Shown here: positions 1 through 12,799 of the stretch, piece after piece
Layout of the letters: each line of letters opens with the position of its first letter
How positions within the stretch are numbered: the stretch's first letter is position 1
Origin: Marsupella aquatica
Taxonomy: Eukaryota; Plantae; Marchantiophyta
Assembly (NCBI GenBank): GCA_973895155.1
Contig: OZ316897.1
Span: forward strand, 9,695,832 to 9,759,831
DNA: 64,000 nt
Direction: 5' to 3'
Program-made: the position numbers and the translations under genes
The notes under the pieces: generated by a model
Database searches by the model: none
What the model saw: only the letters and a program-made list of their open reading frames with translations
Told to the model about the DNA's origin: nothing

Positions 1-1150
1 GCGTTTTGGACAAGAGCCTTGTGTCTGCTCGAGCAAAGAGTTAGTGTACCGAGTTTGTTGGGAACAACCAACCATTTCGTTATGGCCAAAAACCAGTATC
101 TCTAACTCTTTGAGACCCCCTATTATAGTGATTAGAAGACTAGATAAACCATTTCTCTAACTATAAAGCTTTGAGATGGCCTAGTATAGTAGATAGTGAA
201 GTGATTAGATTAGATAGATAGATTGGGTCATTTACCAATAACTCTGGTGCAATCATCTGCTGTAAAGCATTTTGGACAAGAGCCTCGTGTGCACTCTCGA
301 GCAAAGAGTTAGTGTACCGAGTTTGTTGAGGAACAACCAACCCCATTTCATTATGGCCAAAAATCAGTATCTCTAAGTCTTTGAGACCCCCTCTTATAGT
401 GATTAGAAATTAGATAAACCATCGTCTCTAACTATAAAGTTTTGAGATGCCCTAGTATAGTAGATAGTGAAGTGATTAGATTAGATAGATAGATTGGGTC
501 ACTACTCATAACTCTGGTGTAATTAAATAATGGCCCTTGTAAAGCATTTTGGACAAGAGCCTTGTCTGTGCTCGAACAAAGAGTTTAAGTGTACCGAGTT
601 CGTCGAGGAACAACCAGCCATTTCATTATGGCCAAAATCCAGTATCTCTAACTCTTTGAGACCCCCTATTATAGTGATTAGAAGATTGGATAAACTTTGA
701 GATGCCCTAGCATAGTAGATAGTGAAGTGATTAGATTAGATAATGTACTGTAGATAGATTGGGTCATTTCCCGATAACTCTGGTGTAATCATCTGCTGGC
801 CATTGTCAAGCGTTTTGGACAAGAGCCTTGTGTGCACTCGAGCAAAAAGTTAGTGTACCGAGTTCATCGAGGAACAACCAACCATTTCATTATGGCCAAA
901 AACCAGTATCTCTAACTCTTTGAGACCCCCTATTATAGTGATTAGAAGATTAGATAAACTTGAAGATGCCCTAGTATAGTAGATAGTGAAGTAATTAGAT
1001 TACATAATGTACTATAGATAAATTGGGTCATTTACCGATAAACTCTGGTGTCATCATCTGCTGGCCATTGTCAAGCGTTTTGGACAAGAGCCTCGTGTGC
1101 GCTCGAGTAAAGAGTTTTACTGTACCGAGTTCGTCGAGGAACAACCAACC
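1..1150. repeat. Tandem array, ~270-bp unit, >=4.3 copies, runs off the window start
   Basis: Unit start GC(G/A)TTTTGGACAAGAGCC recurs at ~1, 267, 544, 810 and 1075 with conserved internal blocks (e.g. CTCTTTGAGACCCCC, AGTAGATAGTGAAGT). The last copy stops at ACAACCAACC (~1150). Confidence 0.95.
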
Positions 1151-2523
1151 ACGCACAACACACAGTTTTGTAGAGTAGAGAGTTCGTCACCGTCCGTTTC
1201 ACAATTCGTTCTTCCTTCATTCCTTCCTTCCTTCCTTGCGCATCTGTTGTTGTGTTGTTCTCGAGCGAAGCTCTTCCTCAATCCTCACACATTGCGACGA
1301 TATGCGCTCTCCCTCACCACGACGAGAACAGAACAATACCTAAAACGCGCGAGGCTACAGTTCGTTGTGTCCTTCTTTCGGGCAAGCTCGCGAAGTTTTG
1401 TGAATCGACATCGCAACTGCACTGGTTGTCCGAGGCAGCACTCCGCGGTACGGTTCCCGATCACTCGCATGACTGCCTGCGCTCCTTATTATGTGGTTTT
1501 CGCTTGCTCTCCTCGTTTTTCTTGCGGCGTTTTTTTTGTTTTTTCTTTGTTTAGAGTTTTTTTTGTCGATTGAGTGTCGATACTCTTGCTCCGCGCCAGC
1601 GCTCCGCGATGTACGTGTTTTCTGACCACCCATTTCTTGCGCTTGTTTTTATGGGCTTTTCTCTTGCCCTCGACGTCGTTCCTCGTTTTTCTGCTGGCGT
1701 ATGTCTATTTTGTGAATTTTTTTATTAGGTGTTTGTCGTCCCCTGCGTTTTTCAACCTTTCCCCAGTCGATTGTCAATTGTGTCGTTCAGAGTCTGGAAC
1801 GCTTATTTTCGGTTGGTTGGCGATTGCGCATCGTCTGCCTTTCGATTATGTAACAGTCTGTGGACGGTTTTTGGAAAATTTGTGTCCGTTATGGAAAATG
1901 GGATCAGTTGTTTCCCTACGTCCTTGGCAGCGCCTTCCGTTCTCACATGTATGAAATTGGTTGGCAGGAAGAACCAATGTTGTTTTCCTGCTTAGTTTGC
2001 CTATCTTCGGCGCTGTTCTGTTCCATTTCAATCAACGTCTATTTTTGTGCGTTGGAGAAAAGGGCATTCGCTGTTTCGTCACGTCCTTCCCTCTCGCCTT
2101 AACTGCAATTGGTTAGCGGGAAGAAGTAAGGTTTTGTTCCGTGCATATGTCTTTCATTCCTGGGAGCTGTCTCTTTTTCCCAGTCTGCAGTCAAGGGTTT
2201 ATGAATTCACACCCAGAACAGGCATTACAAAGCGGACTTCTTGAAAAAGATTTTCCGCGGCTCAGTCCTCCACGGAGTACTCTTGTAGTTTTCGTCACTG
2301 CTATCGATTTTTCCTGTCATAGGTTTGGAGTGCTATTGCAGAAATTAGTTCCAGGGGTTCTGAGGCTGATTTTATTTGGTTGTGAGAAGGTACGTCACAC
2401 CTGAAAATTTTACATTGATAAGTTTGGAGAAGTGTGGCAGAATTTCCTAGGCCGAGGTAATACTTTCTCTGCTTTAATGAGTTTGCCTTCGATTGCGCAG
2501 GTGCTTCAATTCCTATAGGTAAA

Positions 2524-5500
2524 ATGTCGCACTTTGGACGAGCTGGACCTCCAGACATACGAGATACCTATTCACTGCTTGTACTCAACATAACATTCCG
2601 TAAGATACTCACACTGCGTTCACCGATGTTCTTCTTTCTTCTCCTTCTCAGGTTTACACTCTGTATCTGATCAAGTGATTCGTTCTTCAGATTTTTTATG
2701 CAATGAGTCCGGAGATACTACCTGTGATGCTCCACTAATATCGTTTGTTGGGGCATGTCGAATCATTTCAATGCACGTGTATGGCTTAGAACAGTTCCTG
2801 TGGGATGTTTTCCACGCTGGGTTTTGTGTTGTCGTCTGCCTGGGTCACTCTTGACATTTTCATTCTGCAAGTTTCTTACGGATGGTTGTTCACATGCCTT
2901 AGGCCGTCCTCTATCATGGTACGTTATCCTGTTCGCAAGCTGAAGTAGTATTTATATGTCCGACGTCTGAATGCCTAATGAGTTCAGCCCTCTGTCCTTG
3001 CAGGCACTAGTGCAGATGACCTTTTTCCACTTTTTGACAGATATGGAAAAGTGGTTGACATCTTCATACCGAGGGATCGGAGGTAATACCTGTACGCACT
3101 GTGTCCGTGACCAGGGTTCAGAATTTGTGTTCGTTTCATCTTGAATCGGACTTTGATTATGAACAGTATCGACCTTGTGTTTTGTTTTAATTGTCAATTG
3201 TGCAGGACAGGAGAGTCACGAGGCTTTGCGTTTGTTCGATACAAGTATGCGGATGAGGCACAAAAAGCAATTGAGCGGCTAGATGGTGAATCCCATTCTA
3301 TTCCCTTCCGTTGGCTGTCATCCTTTGTGGTTGTGCAACCCTCATTCCCTAAGAGGAATAACGAATAGCAGATAGAACATAGAAGAAATCATTAAGGTTT
3401 GTGCATTCTACGCATCTCTTTGCAACTCTTAAGGCCCTCACAGCCTTTAGAATCAGGTGAAAGTCTTCATGTCCCTCGACAGTCGATGAACCAAATAACG
3501 CTGCTACCTTGTCCGTGTTGGGATTTGTTCGGGGTGCTGAGCCCCGGGGCATCATTTGTTTAGGAGATGAGTTATGTGGTGAAGCGAATTTTGTGTCAAG
3601 GACCGTGAAGTAAAGTAATACTGAAGGGAGTTTTCAAATTGAACAATCGGCCGAGACCGCAGTCTTATGAGAGCCTGATCTTACGGTGACGTAGTAGTCC
3701 CTTCCGGGAAGTAGAGGATCTTTTGGTTGTCTTCAGCATTATGTAGGAATCACATTTGGACACCTGTGCTAATTCTCTTTGAGGGTTCCCTGTGTCCAGA
3801 TCATTTTATATCTATGGACATCAGTGTAGTACAGTTCGGGAATTATGGTGGAGACTTGCCTAGATTCACTATGGTCTGACGACACTGGCTTTTCCTAATG
3901 TTGTCTACGTGCAGGTAGGAACGTGGATGGAAGAGAGATTGCTGTACAGTATGCAAAGTATGGACCAAATGCTGAAGCAATGTGAGTATGCTCATAGAGT
4001 GTAAAAATCAAATGAGTATGTGGTTTGTCTGGTTGTTCACAGAGTTTTGGGTTCGAGATCTCATCTGATCAAGGTGAAACTAAATTATCATATAAAGTGG
4101 AGATTGAGTTTCTCTTGTAACTTGCTGGTTAGCTCAACCGTATCTGTTGCATGTGCTGGAGTTCCACTCTGGCGTGTGAGGAGTAGTATCGCCGATTTGT
4201 GGCTATGTCACTTGTCTCAATGTCACAAAGGAATTTTGATTTGTTGAGGCAACCCCTGTGGTTGTTTCTTTATTGTGATTGTTTGCTTTTCATGTGCCCT
4301 TAGAGTAGAAGGCCAAATTTGCCTGTGGTGGCCAGGAAGATTCGTTTACGAGTCTTCCTAACCGACTACATTGCCACTAACAGAACTCCATAACATGATT
4401 TATTGTCTAATGTGGTTATTGCTCTATCTTCTAGCAGTGCCCGGGGGAGAATATCTCAAGGAAGCCCGCGATGGAAGGGTGGCAGTAGGTCAAAAAGTCG
4501 TAGTCCAGGGCGCTCAAGGTGCGAATAAGTTTAAGATTGGATATTGCTGATGGTCCATGGTGTGATATCTGTTAATAACTCGTGTGCAGATAGGAATTTC
4601 ACGTGACGTTCATGGGTGTTACCCCATCTCTCAAACGTCGGAAAAAGAATGTCGATAGCCTAATGGAAGGAAACCGTTTCCGTTATTCGAAACTGGCTAT
4701 GTTGGTTTCTCGTACAAAGACAATAGATATGCTTTCTTGCCTCATACTTCACCCTCTTGTTACCCACCCGGGACGGACCAACATAGGTATCCTAGATAAC
4801 ATTTCGAATAGTGACACCAAGTAGGACCGTGATGCTATCCAACCTGGTCCGTCTAGTCTTGCCCAAAGTAATGTCGTCAAGATCAAGCTGTACTTGTCAC
4901 TGCCGAACAACATAGTTGAAGGCAGAAATAATCATTGCTTATTCATACTTAGCAAAGTGTCTCATTATTTGTCAAAGTTGAGGCTGATGAATGACTGGTC
5001 GGCAGCCGTGGTGGCAGGAACCGGGAGTCTTCTGGAAGGGATTCCCGTCCGAGAAGAGGATATGATGACAGATATGAGCGAGACCGCTACCGAGAATCTG
5101 ATAGGGGTCACCACCGGCACCATAGACGCCGAAGCCCAAGTCAGACACCAAGTCGCAGTCGAAGCCGTAGCATCAGTCGCAGTCGGAGCCCACGAGGTCG
5201 GGCAAATGATACAGATCACCGACGCTCTCGCAGCCGGTCTCCCAGTGCCAAAGTAGTCTCTTCAAGAATGAGGAGGTTGGCAATCACCTCTGAAAAGCCC
5301 CCTAATGGTGCATCAAGTGATTCTTGGTCTTGACACCAGGAAAAGGGTAATTTGGTATTTGCGTTGCACAGTTAAAACTCACATACTGTCTTGTGATAAT
5401 TGTTTTTGACAGTGCCAGTCGAGATCGAAGTCGTAGTCCGAGTCGTTCGCCGAGGCGCGTTCGGAGTCCGAGCAGCAGTCCTCATCGATCCCCCGGCCGC

Positions 5501-6045
5501 GTGAAAGAGTCATCAAGGAAGGGCTCTCCTGCTTCGAAGAGAAGGTGAAGCAATCATAACTGTCTGCCGGTTCCGATTGGCACTATCTAAGCCTGTTTCC
5601 ATATGTCTCTGGATTGACATAATTGTTACACTGAATTAATTCTTCACTCATCTTACAGGCGCACCCGAACTCCGGATTCTCGTCACGTTTCTCCCGTCGT
5701 TGGGGCATCACCTGATGCTCGCAGCACCGGGAAAGCTTCAGTTTCTCCTCGCAGGAGTACATCACGCTCCCGAGGCAGTCCTTCACCTGGTCCTCGCAGT
5801 CCATCTCCGGAACCTATGAATCAAGATGAGGTCGATGAGCATCGCTCAGAATCTGAGGCTGATGGGGCCGGTTCTCCACCAAAGTCTGATCCCGAGGTAT
5901 TTTGTACACCGTTTGAGTGGATCATCTGTGCTAGGGTTATATCTGTGCTTTAAAGTAACACCTGCGATGGGAGTCTCTCTGCTATTGACTTACAACCTCC
6001 ATCTACCAATGTGCTAATTGAGTTGTGCGATTGCAGAATCCTTGA
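2524..6045 (+). CDS. SC35: SC35-type serine/arginine-rich splicing factor (RRM + RS domain), ~343 aa
   Basis: Exons 2524-2599, 3004-3082, 3206-3285, 3915-3981, 4438(or 4435)-4518, 5006-5275, 5413-5544, 5659-5896, 6037-6045, all GT-AG and in frame. Protein MSHFGRAGPPDIRDTYSLLVLNITFRTSADDLFPLFDRYGKVVDIFIPRDRRTGESRGFAFVRYKY...KYGPNAE matches the plant SC35 N-terminus and is followed by RS repeats. The donor at 5276 is the least certain. A 5'UTR intron acceptor lies at 2500. Confidence 0.93.
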
Positions 6046-7148
6046 ATCCGGCTCTACGATTTCAGGAGATCGCTCTCAGTGCACACCATGTTGTGAAGAT
6101 TGTGGTAGATGAAAGAGCAAGACGTGTGTTTGTGCAGTAGGTGCAGTGTCCAACCCACTGCTTGGCCATCAGAAGCTATGCAAGTTGGAAGAGCTGGGAG
6201 CAGTATTTTCCCTGTTTTAGAGTGGTAGTAGCATGGATGCTGGTCTGATTTATGAACTGGATCAATATTGATTAGAGTGTAGCTGATTTTTCCTTTTTCA
6301 GGTCGTTTTATTGCTTTTTATAGACAGGATCAGGTCCACTATGCCAAGACAGGTTGGTACAAATGTGACTCATAGATACAGTGCATCGGGTTACCCCCGG
6401 TGGTTTTAGTCTTTCGTTATCTTCCTAGGAGACAGTTACCTGCTTCCTTAATGTGCTTGCTTGCCCAATGTTTGTTTGGCCATAACTTGGGAGCAAACTC
6501 TGACAGCACTTCGCTACATGATATCTGGGCTGTGATAGTGATGAGTGGGGTCGTGGGAACACCGCTGGTAGCTGTGGTGGCCACGAGGTGGTGATGGGAA
6601 GTTCCCTTTGTGGTCGTCTGCCATTTGTGCTGAGGTAGCTGCTGAGTGGAAGAGTTGGCCCACGAGTGCTGGCCGTACTGGTTTTCTTGAATACCGATGT
6701 GCAAGGCTGCATGGAGGTCCTTTGCGCTGTTCGTTGTGTACACGAAGGTAGAATATACATGAGAGGACCATTTTTGTGACCATTGCAGCTGCCTATTCCA
6801 ATTTCCTTTTGTGGACAACCGTGTGTCTTTGGCTCTTTTTCATGTGGTGTGGCTCTGTTTGGCCAAGTGGTTTGTAATTTTGGCTACTACCTTCAGGAAC
6901 TCTAGATAAGCTAGTTTCCCATCTTTTCACAACAGCAGTCTGGAATTGTGCGATTCATGAGATAGTTGGTGATAAACCACCCACTGTCAAAATGGGTCAT
7001 GATCGAGACCTTTTCAGGCAGCGGTTACGATTGGCCTCTTGCTAGGCAGACCCAGCGTTCCATATATGCAAGTCACTGGCTGGCATGATGCAGGGCAGGT
7101 TGTTCGATTGATGTTTGTTGGGGAGATTTTGAGACAGCAGTGCGTTTC

Positions 7149-7221
7149 TGATGATGATGATGAGATGATGATGAGATGATTGATGATGATGATGATGATG
7201 ATGAGAGAAGATGGGATGAGA
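7149..7221. repeat. Imperfect (GAT)n microsatellite
   Basis: TGATGATGATGATGAGATGATGATGAGATGATTGATGATGATG... read directly. Confidence 0.9.
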
Positions 7222-10200
7222 TCAAGTTAACCAGTCTTTCGTGCACTTTTGGAACTGGTTAATTCAAGGTCACGTACTGGTGAGGAAGCAGCAAAACCAT
7301 GTTGGTCTCTCCTGCCGATCCTTCTTGTATCGTCCTGTTTTTTCCACTTTGTCAGTACTCTAAATGTTGTGTTGACAGTACGTTAATTTATTTATGATCC
7401 GGATGAATGTGATGTTAGTCAAAATTGGACCAGATGAGTACATGCGACCAGTAGATTTTCTTTTACTAATCTATTTAGTTGGTATTTTGAGACTTATCAA
7501 TGGTCGGTTTTGGAGAAGGGAAGAAGATGATTCTGGTTCGAGGCAATTTGGATATACATTATGATGCGGAGGTGATCCACGAGTAGCGTCCGTGATCGTA
7601 AAAAGGCTTCCTTGGAACCATGTTTGGTTTCTAAGCGAGATCGTGGTTTCAGTTTGGACACCTGTTGGGCCTGGGAATTCATCTTTTGATGTTGTGATCT
7701 TCTGCTCAGGTCCGACGGTTTTTGACTTATGTTTTAATGGTTTGTCCTAGTATGATCACCTAACGTTGGCCTCTGTGTACTATGGTAAATATGTAGATAT
7801 GTGATCTTGCCCATCAGGATTTTCTCATTGCTGGTATAACGTGTGTTCAAGCATGGGTGGTCGACACATGCGATTCTATTGTTGTGATGTTCAGTGTTAC
7901 AGTTGGGCATTATATCCCTTTGCGATGGTGGTTGGATAAGTACTGAACTGCTGACCAACTTGAAAGCTATTCCTGTTTCGTTTAGCCACAGATCTTTCAT
8001 CCTAGTCCATCATCATCCGAACATCCATCCGAGTTGATTAGTTAATTCGACCCATCCGTATGTTGACCGTTCCCATCTGGGCCCGAGCAGAGTCTTTTAT
8101 TTGCAGCATTTGTAAATATTAGATGAACCATTGACTGTGATCGTCGATAGAAGTCACTCTTGGCACGTTAGTTGTGAGGTTACTGGTGTGTGTGGAGCGC
8201 AGGGAGCCCAACAGCGAAGTCCAAAGCATACTAGGGGTTGTCAAATGCATATTTGCAGAACAAAATATGAGTTGGGGTGGGAGAGCAGGGTTAGGAAGAA
8301 CATGAGTTCGGAGAAGTGAGTTGCATTAAAGGAGAGTCGTGCATTATTATGTAACCCAATTATCCAAGGTCACAGCCAATTATAAATTTGCTGTAACCTT
8401 GGCTTTGATAAAGGCGCGTTTCAAAAGTTCAAACTTGTCTGACATTCACATTTCCAACCTCAAAAGTTTTTAACTCCTATTTAGTGCGAAGTGAAAGATT
8501 AAGTCCGCTCCTTCTACTAGGTTAACATTTGGCTGCGTTTTGTGATTGAAGGGGTTTCCAGGTCGCCCAGCTTTTTCTGTGTAGTACCGGCAACCATTTC
8601 CGTGACGATTCGCCTCTTATGAGGTCTTGATCGGGTCATGATTGTCTGGGCGTTGGGGGGTGTTGGGTTTTTGCCTTTAAGAGGTTACTCCTTAGTGTCA
8701 CGTCTCCGTTCTGAGAAATTGGAATTTGGTCCCATTCAGATACTGTTATGTTGGGTATTTGCATTGCCTCTCGTTAATCCCAGGTGCGACTCTGTGCGCG
8801 ACTGATTCGTGAGGGGCATACAGAAACTCGAAAGTTTCGCTGACAGCATCCACTATTATGGATGTGCTCTGATAGTAGCTTTTTCACATTCCACTGGTGG
8901 TTCTTTAATGCACTTCTCTGATGAAACCTTTTCAGTCTTAGCTTGGAGTACAATCATCACTCCTGAGAGTTCACACTACAGTGAGGGGTTCGCATTTCTT
9001 CCATAGACTGAATTAGTACCAATTTTCTGGGAATGCCAGAAAGAGAACAGATTAAAAGCATTACCAAGAATTGGCGGGCGATATATACCAACAGCCTGGA
9101 TCCGTGTCTGTTGAATCCATCGAAATATCCTACTGAGGGCTATTAGCAGTGTGTTATTCTTATTAACAAAGCATCCCCTTTTTCAGTTATTTTCCAAAAC
9201 TGCTACCAAAATAGGTGCTTCGTTTACGTTGTTCACCCCAGTCACCGGTTTGGATATTGTCCCCTGTATTTTACGATTTAATTGAGACTTCACGATTGAC
9301 TAAATAAATCCGTTTGAAAGTGACATCGTCCTCCACTGACAGTTTTCACTGCGGGCCAAAAAGCTGTTTTCGCATCACATGGAAGTAGAAGGTTATATGT
9401 GGTATCTTCATCTATTGTACTATGGGACCTTGCCCACTAGGATGCCTGCAAATATTAGATTGCACAGAGATTATGAATGGCCACAGATCATTCGCAAAAA
9501 GGAAATGCAACTATTAAAGTTTACCACAGAAAAAGAATTGCTGTGTCCAGTAATCTGATAATCTCTGCACTTAGGGTGAAACCTGAGAAGCATGTTTTCT
9601 TGGCTTCAGTCTTTGTCTAAGAAGTTATGGAAGATGCGACTGAAGATGTGGCTTCCAAGAAAACCGGGCTTCTTTCCTGCCCCATAGACACTTTCTTTCT
9701 TTGCCCAATTTGAAGCCTTATTACTAATGCATATCACCAACAAGTATACTCAACAAGAGTCTTTGAAGATCTTCAGGACCACCCTGGACTTAAAATGTTG
9801 TGAACTTTGTGTAGGACACATAATAAGACGCATGTACAATAATGGCCTACAGAAAAATGCAATAACTGATACAGTCAACCTTAGGTGCATCGCCTTCATT
9901 ATCTAGAGGGAATGCTATGGGCCGAAACTTCTTAGACTAGGATTCTTATGGAGCTTCGTTGAAGCACCCATAAATTTCTGACATCCTGGCCATAAAACTG
10001 TTTTATGGCTTTAGCCATACCTCATTCCCCATGGCACCATTCCTACCCTGCAATAGTTGCCTTGACTTTACCCCCCAACTGACCTACATTCAGAATGCTG
10101 GATGAGAGTCTATGTAGGGTGTTGGATCCAACTACAGGTAGGAAGAGGGTCCTGGAGAGGAGAGGAATTTGTCTAGAAGTTAGCCCAAAAACCAAGAGCA

Positions 10201-11294
10201 CTGGACTACAAATAATAGTGAATACTTGAACCCTATGTGGTGCAACAGACACCTGTGAGAGGACTTCAATTGTTTAGTAACACTAGAACTGTTGCCTAAT
10301 TTGATAAAAATTTGGAACTACACTGTATAGTAAAAGCCCTGTCATGAGGGCTCTGTCCTGGATGATGGCAGATGGCAGGCAGGGCTCTGTCCTGCCCAGA
10401 CAAGCACTTTTTTTAGGGGAATTGTGTTCATAAGCTTTAGGGCGCTTTTATAATGCAGCTGGAGACCAAGTGAGTGTGTCCTCACACATTTGCAGATAAC
10501 TTAACTGCAAAACACAAATGAATAATCCACGAAGAGTCACCTGAGTGGGGCCTGGGGAGACGGCCTGGGTGGCCAAGGGAAAGTTGTGACCAATTGGTCT
10601 CAACATAAATCCTCCTTGGTGCCCCTCCTACACTGGGTTCTATTTCAGCTTATTAGCCAGTTTTTAAATGAATTTTATTCCAGACTGTCTTGGGCCTGTT
10701 CCATGGCGATTGCGACCTTGATAGTTTCGGACCCCACTAGAGGTCCCTTCCAAAATTCGAGACTCCACAGCACGCCATGTCATCGAGATGCGCCACAAAC
10801 AGGTACGGTTTGTTATTGGTTTACAAAATAAAATTGCTTCAACATTCGTGTCTGTGACATGATTTTGGTAAAATTGAGGATGCCATGCCGTAAACCATGA
10901 TGTAAAACTGTTTTAAAAATAACCATTTTATTTACCCTAGGTAACAGACTGTTCAATTAGTAGGAGGCCCACCTTCCATTTTTTTTACCCTGAGTAACCG
11001 CTGCCCACCCGCATTCTGAATTGTGTTTCAATTGAATAATGACTAAATCTCTCTTGGCAAGTTGATCTGATGACAAAGTAATCGTGACAATTTTCTCGAC
11101 CTTCTGCTGCCACGAAGGAAGAAGTGGACATGATTCTATGTTGGATCACTCAACACTCCTTTCCATGGCGTCATCATTGCAGTTCCTAACTTGGTGATGC
11201 CTCTCGCTACTGTTAGATTGTCCAACGCATGAGGCACGAGCGAACGAGAAGAGAAGCAAGCTTAGCAGGGTTCAGTAAGGGCCTTGTCTACGTG

Positions 11295-11441
11295 CAGATG
11301 GTGTTGAAGAGCCTAGGCATGAAAGAAAGACATAGTTATAAGAAGTGTCAATAGATGATCAAGGGAGTCAATGTGGATGTTAATGGGAAGGTGGACTTTC
11401 AGGAGTTCAATGAGTTGATGTCGTCTGAAGCTTTCCGTTAA
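11295..11441 (+). pseudogene. Calmodulin-like (CML) C-terminal EF-hand gene fragment
   Basis: Translates QMVLKSLGMKERHSYKKCQ*MIKGVNVDVNGKVDFQEFNELMSSEAFR*, the typical CML helix plus last EF-hand (MIxxVDxDGNGxVDFxEF). Internal TAG at 11352-11354; no upstream EF-hands seen. Confidence 0.75.
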
Positions 11442-12164
11442 TAGGGGGTCCACGAACTAATTTTTGGGTGCGGTGAGGGCTGACCATACAAAAAATTCAC
11501 TTTTGATCCAAAAATAAAAAACTATTCTTGTCTGATTAGTTGACTGCAGAGTCATGACTATGCAAGACTTTCTGGCTAGGTTTTCAAATTGCACATTGCA
11601 ATCTCAGCAATTACAAAAACTTCCAAATCCCGTCCACATTCAATTCAAGACCTGGTGTATTTTTTGTCTAGATCAACAACCTTGATTTAGGACCACTCTA
11701 GTGAGCTATTTGTTTTCCTTTCAAACTGCAAGATTTGGAATGCAAGAATGCTAAACTGGATTGAAAGTTTTCTAATATAATAATAATTATTAAACATTTC
11801 TGTTTATAAATAAACCCTGTTCCAAACTGTCTTGGGGTGAAACAAAAGCCCGGATGGACCGAGACATTGTCCTATCCATTCTTGTGGACTGTGTAAAGGG
11901 ATCATTGCTTTTACACACAAAAATTAAAAGGAATCGGTTGTGAACTGCACTTGACTACTTTGACTACTTTGGGGAGAAAGTAGTCAAGATGTCATGGTGA
12001 CCCTGAGTAATGGCATGACATCTTGATGCCTTTCACATTCAAGGTCATCAAGTAGTCAAGTTATCGAGTAAACCGGTTTGATAATGTAATTGACACTGGC
12101 TACAAACAGTAAGGAGACCTCTTATAGGTCACATTGCAATCAAAAGTGCAAATAGTGTTAATCC

Positions 12165-12661
12165 ATATGGATAGGGCCAAACCTCAGCAGTGTTATCCAA
12201 GCTTTGCCAGTCCATCTGGGCTTCATAGACAAAGTGGAGGTACATCCTGGCTTTAGGTTAGTCTCCGGGCTAAGTATTAGGCCCATAATTATTCTATGAA
12301 TTATTAAAGACCCAGCCTTCCACTTGTCGGGCTGACTCAGCTTGTGAGGTTTCCATTTACAAAACAACAAGAAGGTTTTCCCCTCTAAAAACAAGTTTCC
12401 CCTCTAAAAACAAGAAAAATAAATAAATTCTGGAATGCCCCTTAAAATGGGTGCACAGATAGTTTGTTGTCCATTCCAGGTGAAGTGGCGACGGTCAGAT
12501 TTCAACATCCAACAGAATTTAGTGGTGGCCAACTGTTTCCTTCAGGTACCCTAAGCTGGATGCAATCCGGGATCTGATTGAGATCCTGTCGGAAGGAAGT
12601 TCCTGGACAGGGTACCTCCTGTAGCGTGACTGATGACTGCTGAGGTTGGCCCTATCCATAT
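12165..12661. mobile_element. MITE-like element (~500 bp) bounded by ~26-bp inverted repeats
   Basis: ATATGGATAGGGCCAAACCTCAGCAGT (12165-12191) is the near-perfect reverse complement of ACTGCTGAGGTTGGCCCTATCCATAT (12636-12661). A TA target duplication is possible. Interior is non-coding. Confidence 0.55.
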
Positions 12662-12799
12662 CTGTGGAGCTACAGCAGCTACAGAATAGGAGAGGCAAGT
12701 CTGAACATCGTGACCAAATTTCTCGTCAAACCCACAAATCCCTTTCTAGAATCAATACTCCGTAGTTCGCAGGCCTCCTGCCACCGTCAGCTGGTGCTG

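Noticed and set aside
1097-2404. Several 60-160 aa ORFs upstream of SC35
   Set aside because: T-rich leader/intron composition, non-ATG starts and no recognisable domains.
8990-10250. VGIYRPP (endonuclease-like, minus strand) and GTLPTR (LINE-like, plus strand) motifs
   Set aside because: Isolated short motifs without supporting neighbouring motifs; too decayed to call.
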